Positions 21,764 through 30,997 of a stretch of 64,000 nucleotides of DNA are shown one piece after another; the first letter of the stretch is position 1, and each line of letters begins with the position of its first letter. The stretch lies in the sequence record MN871441.1, one strand, 5' to 3'. The position numbers and the translations under genes are program-made. The notes under the pieces were generated by a model. The model searched no databases, was not told where the DNA came from, and saw only the letters and a program-made list of their open reading frames with translations.

Positions 21764-23317
21764 ATGATTCTTGATATTCTGAACGAAATTAATACCGCCC
21801 GTGGTAGCGCAAAGCTGGAAGTTTTGAAGTCACACGTAGATAACGAACTTCTCGCTCGCGTGTGTCTGATGACATACAGTAAACAGATTACATTTGGTAT
21901 CAGCAAAAAGACATTCCCGGTAGTGTCATCCCATACAGGGGAATGCAGTCTTGAAAAAGCTCTAACTTTCATGATGGAAAAATTCGCAACTCGGGTCTTC
22001 ACTGGTGGAGATGCTATCAGTAGACTTTCTGAAATTCTCAGTCAATTGTCTGAATCTGATTCGGAAGTGGTTAAAAGGATCATGTTTGGTGATCTGGATG
22101 TCGGTATTAACGTATCCACTATCAACAAGGTATGGAAAGGTCTGGTTAAAGAACAACCTCAGATGTTGAGTAGTCCAGAAGATCAAAAACTGATTGATAA
22201 AATTCTCAAACTTGGTAATGCATATGCAGAACTTAAGGCGGATGGGGCTCGTGGATTTGGTGATGTGACCGGGTTATCCACCGACGATGGTGTACATTTC
22301 TTTACCCGTAGTTCAAACGAATATTTGGGTCTTAATCGCATTTTGAGAGCGATTGATAAGATGCAGTGCATTGGGTGGGTGTTGGACGGGGAATTCGTTG
22401 TACGCGCATCTGATGAGCCAGAAATCGATGTTATGGCAGCCCTTATGGGTGATGTTGAAGAAGTTGAACTCTCGAAAAGTAAAAAGTACGATAAAACTGT
22501 GTTTGACCGTGAATCTGGTAATGGGATCATGAATACATCCCTTAAAAACAGTATCACTCCGGAAGACTCAGAGCGTGTTGTTTATCAGGTATGGGATATT
22601 GTACCCCGTGATGTGTATTATGGTTTGGTTCCTTGTCCCCCAGAATTGACTCAACAGAAACGACGTAAAATTTTGATTGACTTCTTGTCTAAGTTGGATG
22701 ATGATTGTATCCAGATCATTGAGTCTACCCCTGTTAAAACCCTTGCTGACGTACGTCGCGTGTATCAGGGTTATGTACAGGATGGATACGAAGGTATCAT
22801 TCTTAAACACGGTGATTCTTTGTGGGAAAACAAGCGTAGTAAACTGTTTGTTAAGTTCAAGGAAAAATACCCGTTTGATCTTCGGATCGTTGAGGTTTAT
22901 CCTCATGACAAAGACCCTAACAAGGTTGGTGGGTTTGTCATGGTTTCTGAATGTGGTACTATCAAGACAAACGGTGGTAGTGGTCTTACCGATACAACCC
23001 ATAAAAAATCATATAGTTCTGTTGACATTTTCAACCATCCAGAACTAGAACGGTTTGAAGATAAGGGTGGGCAATTTATCGAAATCTATATCCCGTTGGA
23101 AGAACGTGGTGAACTAGACCGAGAAAAATTGATGCAGATGTACCGCGACGGGGAACTTGATGATATGATTGTTGAATGTGAAGTTAACGCGCCAACCACA
23201 TCAAAAACCCGGAAAGCTGGTGATCCAGAGTATAGTTTCTTCTTGCCTATCATCAAGAAACTGAGATGGGATAAGAACACCGCAAACCGCTACGAAGATG
23301 TTTTTGTTATCAGTTGA
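21764..23317 (+). CDS. gp30: ATP-dependent DNA ligase
   Basis: ELKADGARG (KxDG), LDGEFV, YEGIILK, WENKRSK..KFK. Confidence 0.97.
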   Translation: MILDILNEINTARGSAKLEVLKSHVDNELLARVCLMTYSKQITFGISKKTFPVVSSHTGECSLEKALTFMMEKFATRVFTGGDAISRLSEILSQLSESDSEVVKRIMFGDLDVGINVSTINKVWKGLVKEQPQMLSSPEDQKLIDKILKLGNAYAELKADGARGFGDVTGLSTDDGVHFFTRSSNEYLGLNRILRAIDKMQCIGWVLDGEFVVRASDEPEIDVMAALMGDVEEVELSKSKKYDKTVFDRESGNGIMNTSLKNSITPEDSERVVYQVWDIVPRDVYYGLVPCPPELTQQKRRKILIDFLSKLDDDCIQIIESTPVKTLADVRRVYQGYVQDGYEGIILKHGDSLWENKRSKLFVKFKEKYPFDLRIVEVYPHDKDPNKVGGFVMVSECGTIKTNGGSGLTDTTHKKSYSSVDIFNHPELERFEDKGGQFIEIYIPLEERGELDREKLMQMYRDGELDDMIVECEVNAPTTSKTRKAGDPEYSFFLPIIKKLRWDKNTANRYEDVFVIS

Positions 23318-23342
23318 CAAAAATGTGCAGGGGGAGTAAAAT
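23314..23342 (+). promoter_or_regulatory. Strong sigma70-type early promoter
   Basis: TTGACA-17 nt-TAAAAT. Confidence 0.85.
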
Positions 23343-23471
23343 CCCTTTGNNATACNNTNNANANNAGGNATCCANNATCGTAGGAGTTTTACCGACTGCG
23401 TTTANCAAAAACACGTTTGTTGATGCATATNGTAATGTCCNTCATTTCAACGTTCATCGGTAAGGGATTTT

Positions 23472-24092
23472 ATGACTCGTAAATTTAAATTCAAAGACGA
23501 AGAATCATTTAACAATTTCATCAGTAAACATCCTTATCTCAAAGGGATTTTGTTCTGGTTTCGAGAATTTGAAGTAGATTATGACGAGGACTTTGGTAGG
23601 ATCTATAATATCCAAGACGTTTTTGGAGATTGGCATACCACCCAGTTCGGTTCACCTTTTTTCTCTTATGGTGATATTAAATCGTCCCTTATCGAAATTT
23701 ATGATTGTGAATATCGTAATAAGTATGGTATGACCAGAGAAGAATACTGGGATGAGGTAATGCGCCGTCGTCAACCGGAATATTGTGAGCTTGACCGCCT
23801 TAATATGATTGGGTCTTATTTCTTCCATGAAGAAGAATACAAAGACTCGCATTATGATGGTAAACTGTCTGTATTCCTTAGTGAGGCAAAACGACCTTAT
23901 GGGAACAAAAATATTCAACAATCTATCGCATATACTTTGGGATGGGATTGGGGTCGAGAACTTTGTTACGATATGAAGGGGTTGCCAGATAATGTCAAAG
24001 AAGCAGCTACACAATTACATGAAAAATTGATAGCACAAGTTAGAGAGAAGGAAAATAATGAGGAACGAGAACGAAATAACACTAACAAATAG
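23472..24092 (+). CDS. Hypothetical protein (206 aa)
   Basis: ORF with SD AAGGG; no recognisable motif. Confidence 0.7.
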   Translation: MTRKFKFKDEESFNNFISKHPYLKGILFWFREFEVDYDEDFGRIYNIQDVFGDWHTTQFGSPFFSYGDIKSSLIEIYDCEYRNKYGMTREEYWDEVMRRRQPEYCELDRLNMIGSYFFHEEEYKDSHYDGKLSVFLSEAKRPYGNKNIQQSIAYTLGWDWGRELCYDMKGLPDNVKEAATQLHEKLIAQVREKENNEERERNNTNK

Positions 24093-25362
24093 TCAACAAA
24101 TGGCGGTAGATGCGGTTCGATCTGGGACTGGTCATATTACGATATCCGGTCCTCCCGGTAGTGGTAAAACATTCTTGGTAAAATATATTATCAAAATGCT
24201 TGGTGACGAATTGGGTACGGTTCTTGCTGCCCCCACACACCAAGCTAAAATCGTTCTAACTGAGATGTCAGGTATTGAGGCTTGCACAATCCATAGCCTA
24301 ATGAAAATCCACCCAGAAACACTTGAAGATATTCAGATCTTCGACCAAAGTAAAATGCCAGACCTTAGNACGGTTCGATATCTCATTATCGAAGAAGCGT
24401 CTATGCATTCAAAAACCNTGTTTAATATTACGATGAAATCTATTCCTCCNACTTGTCGTATTATTGCCATAGGTGATAAAGACCAGATNCAACCAGTAGA
24501 TCANGCACCGGGNGAATTGAGTCCGTATTTNACAGATAGTNGNTTTACTCAAATCNGAATGACTGATATTATGCGTCAATCTCTGGATAACCCGATTATT
24601 CANGTAGCAACAACTATCAGGGAAGGTGGNTGGATNTATCAGAACTGGAACAAAGAGAAAAAGTCTGGNGTGTANAAAGTNAAAAGTATCACAGACNTNA
24701 TCAACTCATATCTCCGAGTTGTGAAAACTCCGGACGACCTAACCAAATACAGGTTCTTGGCATTTACAAACAAGGTAGTTGATAAAGTCAACTCGATTGT
24801 CCGTAAACACGTATACAAAACAGACCTACCATTCATCGAAGGTGAGAAGCTTGTTTTACAAGAACCGGTCATGGTTGAATACGACGATGATACGATAGAA
24901 ACAATCTTCACTAATGGTGAGGTAGTAACTGTTGATGAAATCGAAGTGTCTGATATGAACATTCGTATTGATGGTTCCCCTGCATTTTCTATTTCAGTTG
25001 CCAAGCTTAAGGTAACATCAGATTTTTCTGGTGTGACCCATGACATTATGTCTGTATATGGCGAAGACTCAAAAGCCGAGTTTAATTACCAACTCAGTGA
25101 GGCAGCGGCAGTTATCAAACAAATGCAACGTGGACAAACTAAGGCGGCGTGGGCTTCGTTCTGGGATGCTAAAAAGACATTTACAGAAACGAAATCTCTT
25201 GGTGCATGTACCATTCATAAGAGCCAAGGATCTACTGTAAAGGGTGTCTGGCTTGGGTTGCATGATATCAGTTATGCTGATACCGACCTACAGCAACAGC
25301 TTGTTTATGTTGGCGTGACCCGCCCAACAGATTTCTGTTTGTACTTCGATGGCTCTAAATAA
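24058..25362 (+). CDS. dda: SF1B DNA helicase Dda
   Basis: GPPGSGKT, APTHQAK, IIEEASM, IGDKDQ, TIHKSQGST, YVGVTR. Confidence 0.96.
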   Translation: MRNENEITLTNSQQMAVDAVRSGTGHITISGPPGSGKTFLVKYIIKMLGDELGTVLAAPTHQAKIVLTEMSGIEACTIHSLMKIHPETLEDIQIFDQSKMPDLXTVRYLIIEEASMHSKTXFNITMKSIPXTCRIIAIGDKDQXQPVDXAPXELSPYXTDSXFTQIXMTDIMRQSLDNPIIXVATTIREGXWXYQNWNKEKKSXVXKXKSITDXINSYLRVVKTPDDLTKYRFLAFTNKVVDKVNSIVRKHVYKTDLPFIEGEKLVLQEPVMVEYDDDTIETIFTNGEVVTVDEIEVSDMNIRIDGSPAFSISVAKLKVTSDFSGVTHDIMSVYGEDSKAEFNYQLSEAAAVIKQMQRGQTKAAWASFWDAKKTFTETKSLGACTIHKSQGSTVKGVWLGLHDISYADTDLQQQLVYVGVTRPTDFCLYFDGSK

Positions 25363-25397
25363 AGGAAAGGGGGAATTCCCCCTTACTTGAAAGGAAT

Positions 25398-25577
25398 ATG
25401 AAAATGAAATGTATCATTTGTAAACAAAAAATTGAATCGCATCAAACCACTGTAGATACTCCCCATGGTACTCTCCATTATCAAGGGTGTTATGCATACT
25501 ACAAAGATCAATTTGAAAACTCTAAACTAAACGAATCGGATTTGAGTTCTAAAATTGAAGAGGTGCAACTGCTGTAA
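25398..25577 (+). CDS. UvsY.-2-like small Cys/His protein (59 aa; not in the ORF track)
   Basis: MKMKCIICKQKIE..VDTPHGTLHYQGCY..EEVQLL, resembles T4 uvsY.-2; synteny. Confidence 0.75.
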   Translation: MKMKCIICKQKIESHQTTVDTPHGTLHYQGCYAYYKDQFENSKLNESDLSSKIEEVQLL

Positions 25578-25941
25578 TGGATCACTCATTGGAAAGCTTA
25601 CAAGCAGAATTGGAAAAAGACCTTATTATCGACCGTGGTAATATTCAAAATTCNGCGTATNGNNANTCCAGTAATCTATNGNANNTNGTTATCCNGTACA
25701 AAGCANACGTCTAATGCACAATACTGGGCGTGGTGATGATATATGCGAGTTCGATTTCAGTGCAACTGAATTAAAAACAATCATCCCAGCGGACGATAAA
25801 GTTCTTTTGTCATCAAAAAAACTGGATTATCTGGATCTGATGATTAAGTTTTGTGATGGTGCAATCGAATCTATCCGACAACGTGGATTTAGTATTAGAG
25901 CGATTGTTGACCACCAAGCCCTTATGGTTGGTGTAAAGTAA
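25577..25941 (+). CDS. uvsY: Recombination mediator UvsY (N-rich and shortened in this sequence)
   Basis: MDHSLESLQAELEKDLIID ... TGRGDD..ELKTII..KFCDGAIESIRQRGFSIR. Confidence 0.88.
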
Positions 25942-25945
25942 AGTA

Positions 25946-25980
25946 AAATCCCAAGTGAATCAATCACTTGGGATTTTTTT
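25946..25980 (+). terminator. Terminator after uvsY
   Basis: aaaatcccaagtga-atcaa-tcacttgggatttttt. Confidence 0.85.
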
Positions 25981-26002
25981 GAATTTATTTTTCAAAAATC
26001 GC

Positions 26003-26030
26003 TTGCACCAAAATCCAGTTCTGGTAATAT
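26003..26030 (+). promoter_or_regulatory. Early promoter candidate
   Basis: TTGCAC-16 nt-TAATAT with TG extension. Confidence 0.55.
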
Positions 26031-26135
26031 TACTCATGTCGGGACGGGTTGTCCCTCTTCTGAAAAACCTTTCACCCAGACTACCGTGGTTGTTAAGAAA
26101 TCCAAAGTTTGGGCATGAACTAAGGAGAAAGAAAA

Positions 26136-26417
26136 ATGCAACTGAAAAAAATAGGACTACGATTCAAAAACAATGATTGTGTTGTAAATTTCATTAATAG
26201 TAACGACAAAGACAAATGTTCTATAAAAAAACGAGCGAAAATTCATAAAAAGAAATTATATGAAAAAATAGGTATGGGTGTATTCTATGTTTATGAAATA
26301 GTAGGGCTTCAAAGGTCTTTGGTATTTTTAACAGAGGACCAAACAAAATTTGATTTTGAATATTGTGGACTGGTTGCAATAGAAGAACGTGACCTTAAAT
26401 ATTTTATAGAGAGTTAA
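26136..26417 (+). CDS. Hypothetical protein (93 aa)
   Basis: SD AAGGAG; ORF ends at a bidirectional terminator. Confidence 0.65.
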   Translation: MQLKKIGLRFKNNDCVVNFINSNDKDKCSIKKRAKIHKKKLYEKIGMGVFYVYEIVGLQRSLVFLTEDQTKFDFEYCGLVAIEERDLKYFIES

Positions 26418-26424
26418 AAACAAT

Positions 26425-26447
26425 AAAGCCCACACAAGGTGGGCTTT
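26425..26447. terminator. Bidirectional terminator
   Basis: aaagcccac-acaag-gtgggcttt between convergent genes. Confidence 0.8.
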
Positions 26448-26451
26448 CAAA

Positions 26452-26721
26452 TTAGAAGTCTTGAACCTCTTCACCGTCTTCTTCCTGTTTGAATGTTTCT
26501 CGACGTCCGTCGATTGCATCACGAATTTGGATATCATCGGAATCGCTAATAGACACCTGCTTTAATCTAGATTTATAATACCGTTCCAATTCATTTAATC
26601 CATTCATAGTCATGACTGACATGATCTTACCCAAGAATTTATCGATGTTAACTACTGGGTTATCAGTATCTTTTTCTTCGACTTCTTCTTGAAGACGCAG
26701 ATAATCAGCAAAATAGATCAT
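26452..26721 (-). CDS. uvsW.1: UvsW.1
   Basis: IDKFLGKIMS..GLNELERYY..DSDDIQIRDAIDGRR matches T4 UvsW.1. Confidence 0.9.
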   Translation of the reverse strand: MIYFADYLRLQEEVEEKDTDNPVVNIDKFLGKIMSVMTMNGLNELERYYKSRLKQVSISDSDDIQIRDAIDGRRETFKQEEDGEEVQDF

Positions 26722-27862
26722 TTATTGTTCCCTTCTTCAATTATTGATAATATATCGGTTAGGTCTTTTTCGTGTATAGTCTCTGTATTACCAGAATACA
26801 ACCAATCGGAAACACCCCCGATATATTTAGATTTTATTTTAGACTCTATTTCTTTTGGTAACCTCCCATCAGAATAAAATCTACTAAAAATGTGAGTTTT
26901 TTGAACGTCATTTATACCACGAATGTGCTCTTTAGACCTAGTTTCTGGTGATCTATTTGTTATACCATATTTGTAAACATCACAAGAACTAGGAATTTTG
27001 TATTTGAATATATAGATATATCCGGGTTTGGACTCATCATAACCACCACCACTAGAACAAAAAGGACAACCAGTTCCTAGATTAACAAAACATCTAAACG
27101 ATGGATTATATTCCCTATTGTGGATTTTACAAATAATCCTAGCTTTTGAAAAAAAAAAAAAAAAAAAATTGAGAACCATCACAAATATCATTTATTATTT
27201 TGGTTGCCTCATCATTTGACTTTTTTCTATTACCATAACAGTCTGGGCAACGGTGCCCTCTCGTAAAATCGTCAAATGACGGATTATATTCCCTATTGTG
27301 GATTTTACAAATAATCCTAGCTTTTGATTTTTGATTCTCATAAAAACCATCAACCCAACCAATAAATTCATTAGTTGTTATCACACAACCCAGAAATAAC
27401 ATGTTCTGGGTTTTTTATTCTCAGTTTTTTCTTTGTAGATTCAACTCCACAATCTGGACATCTACTATTCTTAGAGGTGAACGAGTCGTATGTTACATAA
27501 TAATTGGAATTGTGAACTTCGCAGTTTATAATTACTTTTGTTTTTGCATTTATATACAAACCACCGACCCAGCCAATAAAAGTCCCAGAACCCTCATCTT
27601 TTAGTTTCCTATTTATTATTATCTCATACTGAGATTGGTTTAGTTGTGGTTTATCTGAACACCCACACGGTATTCTACCATTCAATAAATTACTTTTAGA
27701 ACATGAAAATTTATCTGGGAATAACTCCATATCTTTGGAACAAATACTACATGTCATGTAATACTTTTTCTTATTTCCAACCAACCCATTGTCTCCAATT
27801 ACACGAAGAACCCCACCTTTATGAGTGGGGAATTCCATACCTACAAAATTATCTTTCTTCAC
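26718..27862 (-). mobile_element. Free-standing homing endonuclease: Cys/His zinc-ribbon repeats plus C-terminal GIY-YIG-like (T5orf172/MUG113-type) domain; split into three ORFs here
   Basis: CSIC, PCGC, repeated C.xHN...Y..F....RCPDC/GCPFC; GYIYIF..VYKYGITNRSPETR; start and stop overlap uvsW and uvsW.1. Confidence 0.7.
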
Positions 27863-29310
27863 AATTCAATCTCTTTGATCTGATAATCAAACATCTCACT
27901 TGCATATCTTTCGATACGAAGCATTGCATGTTTGTACGCATAATTGTTATCTACAATATCCCATAGAGTGGCGATAGTCTTTTCTCCATGCTTTCGAAGA
28001 ACCCGACCAATACTCTGTAACGTGGTAACCTTAGATTTAAATGGAGACGCGAAAATAACGTGGAATAGCTTTTTGATAGAAATACCGGTTGAGAATATAC
28101 CAATAGAAGCAACGATGATCATCCCGTCGCTACCCTCTGCAATTTTCTTAAGCTGATCCCGTTCCTCTACGTTAGTATCGCCATTAGCAAAGAATACATT
28201 GTCATGTTTTTTGCTAAGGGCCTCATAAAGCTTCTTCCCATGTTCCTTATGCCTAAACAGTATCAAGGTATTCTCTTTCTTCTCTTTGGCTAATTTTAAA
28301 GCCAAACGACACACAAAAGCATTTCTCTTTGTATGTTCCTCGATATATTTAATCTCTTGTTGATATTCTATTCCTTTAGTTAATACACAATCTTGTTTAG
28401 GATACCGCAAGAACAGGTTNTTTATTTTAAGATCTGTTACTTGACCNTCTTCCATAAGTTGTTTAGTACTAACTGGCTTGAATACATCCCCAAACAAACC
28501 AACATACGACATAATATTACATTTACCATCTTTCAAAGAACCACTCATACCCCATTTAAACGGGCACTCAGAGAGGTTTGTGATGATATTCTTAATTTCA
28601 CTACCTACGTTGTGACATTCATCAATCAAAAGAGCCCCAAATTGGCGGAACCAATGAACTGGTTGTTTCGATGCACTTTGCCATGTACTAACAAATACTG
28701 GTGCTGGGTGATCTTTTGTTTTACCAGCCATAATACCATGAGAAAATTCCCGTCTCATAAACTGATAATCTGCGAAATCGTCCATCATCTGAGTAACAAG
28801 GGAGGTTGTTGGAACGATTAGTAATATTTTCCCATCATAATTAGTCATATACCAGTAACAAATAAGAGCTGCTATTAGGGATTTACCGGCAGACGTAGGA
28901 AGGTTTAAGATACCCCGGTTATTCTGAATTGCGTAATAAACCGCATCAGCCTGATACCAGTGAGCAGTAATCTTATTTCCGCCAGAATATATATCAATAT
29001 CCGCCAACCATTTGTCAAACTCGTCTCTAGATGTGAAATGGCTAATAGGGGTGAAGTCTTCTTCTTTTTCAAATTCGTATTCGTTTCTAGCGCAATATTT
29101 CTCAAGGTTATTGACCAGACCATAAGGAAATTTTCCATCCGGTTGTAGGAGACGGATCCGACCATCCCAACCGCTATATTTAAACTTAGGATTAAATCTA
29201 GCGCCACCTTCCGTCTCAAATGAATAATACTCTCTCAGCTCCATGAAGATGTCACGTTCACATTCAATAATCGCATTACTATAGTCGTTGAATTTAACTG
29301 ATACTTTCAT
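27859..29310 (-). CDS. uvsW: RNA-DNA/DNA helicase UvsW
   Basis: FNPKFKYSGWDGRIRL, LPTSAGKS, IVPTTSLV.QM, DECH, GMSGSL, QSIGRVLR. Confidence 0.97.
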   Translation of the reverse strand: MKVSVKFNDYSNAIIECERDIFMELREYYSFETEGGARFNPKFKYSGWDGRIRLLQPDGKFPYGLVNNLEKYCARNEYEFEKEEDFTPISHFTSRDEFDKWLADIDIYSGGNKITAHWYQADAVYYAIQNNRGILNLPTSAGKSLIAALICYWYMTNYDGKILLIVPTTSLVTQMMDDFADYQFMRREFSHGIMAGKTKDHPAPVFVSTWQSASKQPVHWFRQFGALLIDECHNVGSEIKNIITNLSECPFKWGMSGSLKDGKCNIMSYVGLFGDVFKPVSTKQLMEXGQVTDLKIXNLFLRYPKQDCVLTKGIEYQQEIKYIEEHTKRNAFVCRLALKLAKEKKENTLILFRHKEHGKKLYEALSKKHDNVFFANGDTNVEERDQLKKIAEGSDGMIIVASIGIFSTGISIKKLFHVIFASPFKSKVTTLQSIGRVLRKHGEKTIATLWDIVDNNYAYKHAMLRIERYASEMFDYQIKEIEL

Positions 29311-29344
29311 CTCATTCTCTCTTTAAATTTTTCACATATATAAT

Positions 29345-29365
29345 TATTTAGGGCAACACTAAATA
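29345..29365. promoter_or_regulatory. Divergent late promoters: CCTAAATA (minus, uvsW) and ACTAAATA (plus, 29358-29365)
   Basis: tatttagg 29345-29352 and actaaata 29358-29365. Confidence 0.75.
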
Positions 29366-29410
29366 AATGCGAGGGAATACCATTTCCTCGTGACGTAGGG
29401 AGAAAATAAA

Positions 29411-29773
29411 ATGCTTATAAATAGTAAGCTGTTTAAAGACACCCTACCCGTCCTAACCGTTATTGTGGCGATCTGGGCCTCTATATTTTCATATAATGAA
29501 TTTATAGCGGATTCCCGCCAAGTAGCTTTTAAAGAGCAAATCACTTCCCACATGGACAAATCTATAGATAACCTAAGAACGGAGATTAAATCTCTCCCAA
29601 ATAAGGATTCTGTAGAAACTGCTCAACTGCGGGCAATGCTTTATAGTAAGGATCTTATCGATGAGGTTAATAGGGGGAACCGAGTTGAATTGGAGAGACT
29701 TGAGAAGCGGATCAGTGAGATGGAAAACGCCAGAGTTGAGAAGAAAACTCAAACAAAACGCGAGGACGGTTAA
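29411..29773 (+). CDS. Late-expressed single-pass membrane protein with coiled-coil tail (120 aa)
   Basis: Hydrophobic LPVLTVIVAIWASIFSY then a heptad-rich segment; SD GGGAG; late promoter upstream; terminator at 29788-29822. Confidence 0.65.
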   Translation: MLINSKLFKDTLPVLTVIVAIWASIFSYNEFIADSRQVAFKEQITSHMDKSIDNLRTEIKSLPNKDSVETAQLRAMLYSKDLIDEVNRGNRVELERLEKRISEMENARVEKKTQTKREDG

Positions 29774-29832
29774 GTTGTCTAACGTGGGTCATGATGCAAT
29801 TTGCTCATGGCCTTTTTTCTTTTAAAAAGGGG

Positions 29833-29862
29833 TTGACTCATGAAACTTGTGTGTAGTATTAT
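29833..29862 (+). promoter_or_regulatory. Early promoter candidate
   Basis: TTGACT-18 nt-TATTAT. Confidence 0.65.
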
Positions 29863-29882
29863 CTATCTCGTTGAGACACAAA

Positions 29883-30335
29883 GATATGGATGGGGTGATG
29901 GCTGACTGGTGTCGTGCATTCGATGCTCGTTTTGGTGAGGGTGCGGCAGAACAGTTTGACAGTCTGAACAAAGAAGATAAGAATCTTATCAAAGAAGAAC
30001 TGGCAAATGGTAATTTCTATCGTCATCTTCCGGTGATGGAAAAAGGGGTTTCTCTGGTTATTGAGATGGTTCGTAGTGGTCGCAAGGTAAGTATCTTAAC
30101 CAGCGTCGGTCGTCAAAACCCAGAGAACGTAGTTCGCCAGAAGAAAGCTTGGGTCTCTTATGTATATCCTGCTGACGTCGCTGCGGTACTGTTAGAAAAC
30201 TTCCATTATACCCTGTGTAGTGAAGACAAAGCCGCGTTTGCTCGTCCTAACGTTTGTCTGGTTGATGACCGTGCCAAGAGCCGAATCCCGTTCATCGCTG
30301 CTGGTGGTGTTGCTGTTGATATCGCTGACCTTTAA
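29883..30335 (+). CDS. HAD-family 5'(3')-deoxyribonucleotidase-like protein (true N-terminus apparently missing)
   Basis: DMDGVMADW (motif I), ILTS (motif II), QKKAWV, LVDDR (motif IV), AAGG. Confidence 0.75.
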   Translation, partial: DMDGVMADWCRAFDARFGEGAAEQFDSLNKEDKNLIKEELANGNFYRHLPVMEKGVSLVIEMVRSGRKVSILTSVGRQNPENVVRQKKAWVSYVYPADVAAVLLENFHYTLCSEDKAAFARPNVCLVDDRAKSRIPFIAAGGVAVDIADL

Positions 30336-30347
30336 GAGGAATTAATT

Positions 30348-30683
30348 ATGTTGGTAGAAAGTTTGTCTGTTGGTGTTGTTTGTCTTGGTCTGGCATATGG
30401 TCTTGACAAGTTTTTAGGAACTGGTATATTTTCTTGGAAAGAGAAAACCCCATCAAAACTGATGCGATCTAACGCAGATCAAGATTCAGTAATGAGGAAC
30501 CAACACCACCAAAAAGGTATGATCGCCAAAAATGTGTTTGGTAAATTTTATGGTGGAAAACACAAAGCTAGGGTAAGTTATACCGAGAAAGAAATTTGTG
30601 TCCCCCACCCGGTAATTGTTAACTTTATTAACAACCTTTATAAAGAAAGGAAACAAAAATGTGTAACGAAGAATTGCAAGTAA
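30348..30683 (+). CDS. Hypothetical protein with an N-terminal hydrophobic segment (111 aa)
   Basis: SD GAGGA; LSVGVVCLGLAYGL. Confidence 0.65.
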   Translation: MLVESLSVGVVCLGLAYGLDKFLGTGIFSWKEKTPSKLMRSNADQDSVMRNQHHQKGMIAKNVFGKFYGGKHKARVSYTEKEICVPHPVIVNFINNLYKERKQKCVTKNCK

Positions 30684-30982
30684 AATACCCAAACATTTAT
30701 TTTTCGAAGTACTGCACAGGGTCTTATTGGCGAAAAGGGGTTGGTGGTCGAGATGCAGAAGCACTCCCACGAAACAAACCACTTGAGTTCCTTAACGAAC
30801 AGTGTGGTTTGGTAAATGTAGGTGTTCGATATTTTGTATGTACTTGTTGTGGTACTGCACAAGACGAAGACCAACTTGTTGGTAATGTGTTTGCTGGGAA
30901 ATATTGCAAAACCTGCTATGACAAAGAGCCACAAATTCGCAAATCTATTGCTGAAAGCAAAAAACCCGGTTTTTACGACTAA
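30659..30982 (+). CDS. Cys-rich hypothetical protein (107 aa)
   Basis: CTCC and CKTC, possible Zn ribbon. Confidence 0.65.
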   Translation: MCNEELQVKYPNIYFSKYCTGSYWRKGVGGRDAEALPRNKPLEFLNEQCGLVNVGVRYFVCTCCGTAQDEDQLVGNVFAGKYCKTCYDKEPQIRKSIAESKKPGFYD

Positions 30983-30997
30983 ATAAAAGGAAATAAT

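Noticed and set aside
26030-26135. Leader after the early promoter as an ncRNA or riboswitch
   Set aside because: It reads as the C-terminal remnant of a small ORF (..PFTQTTVVVKKSKVWA-stop) whose start is missing, like the truncation after the promoter at 29833.
27103-27327. 47-bp identical repeat as a recent zinc-ribbon duplication
   Set aside because: One copy abuts a poly-A fill and cannot be distinguished from misassembly; not counted as evidence.
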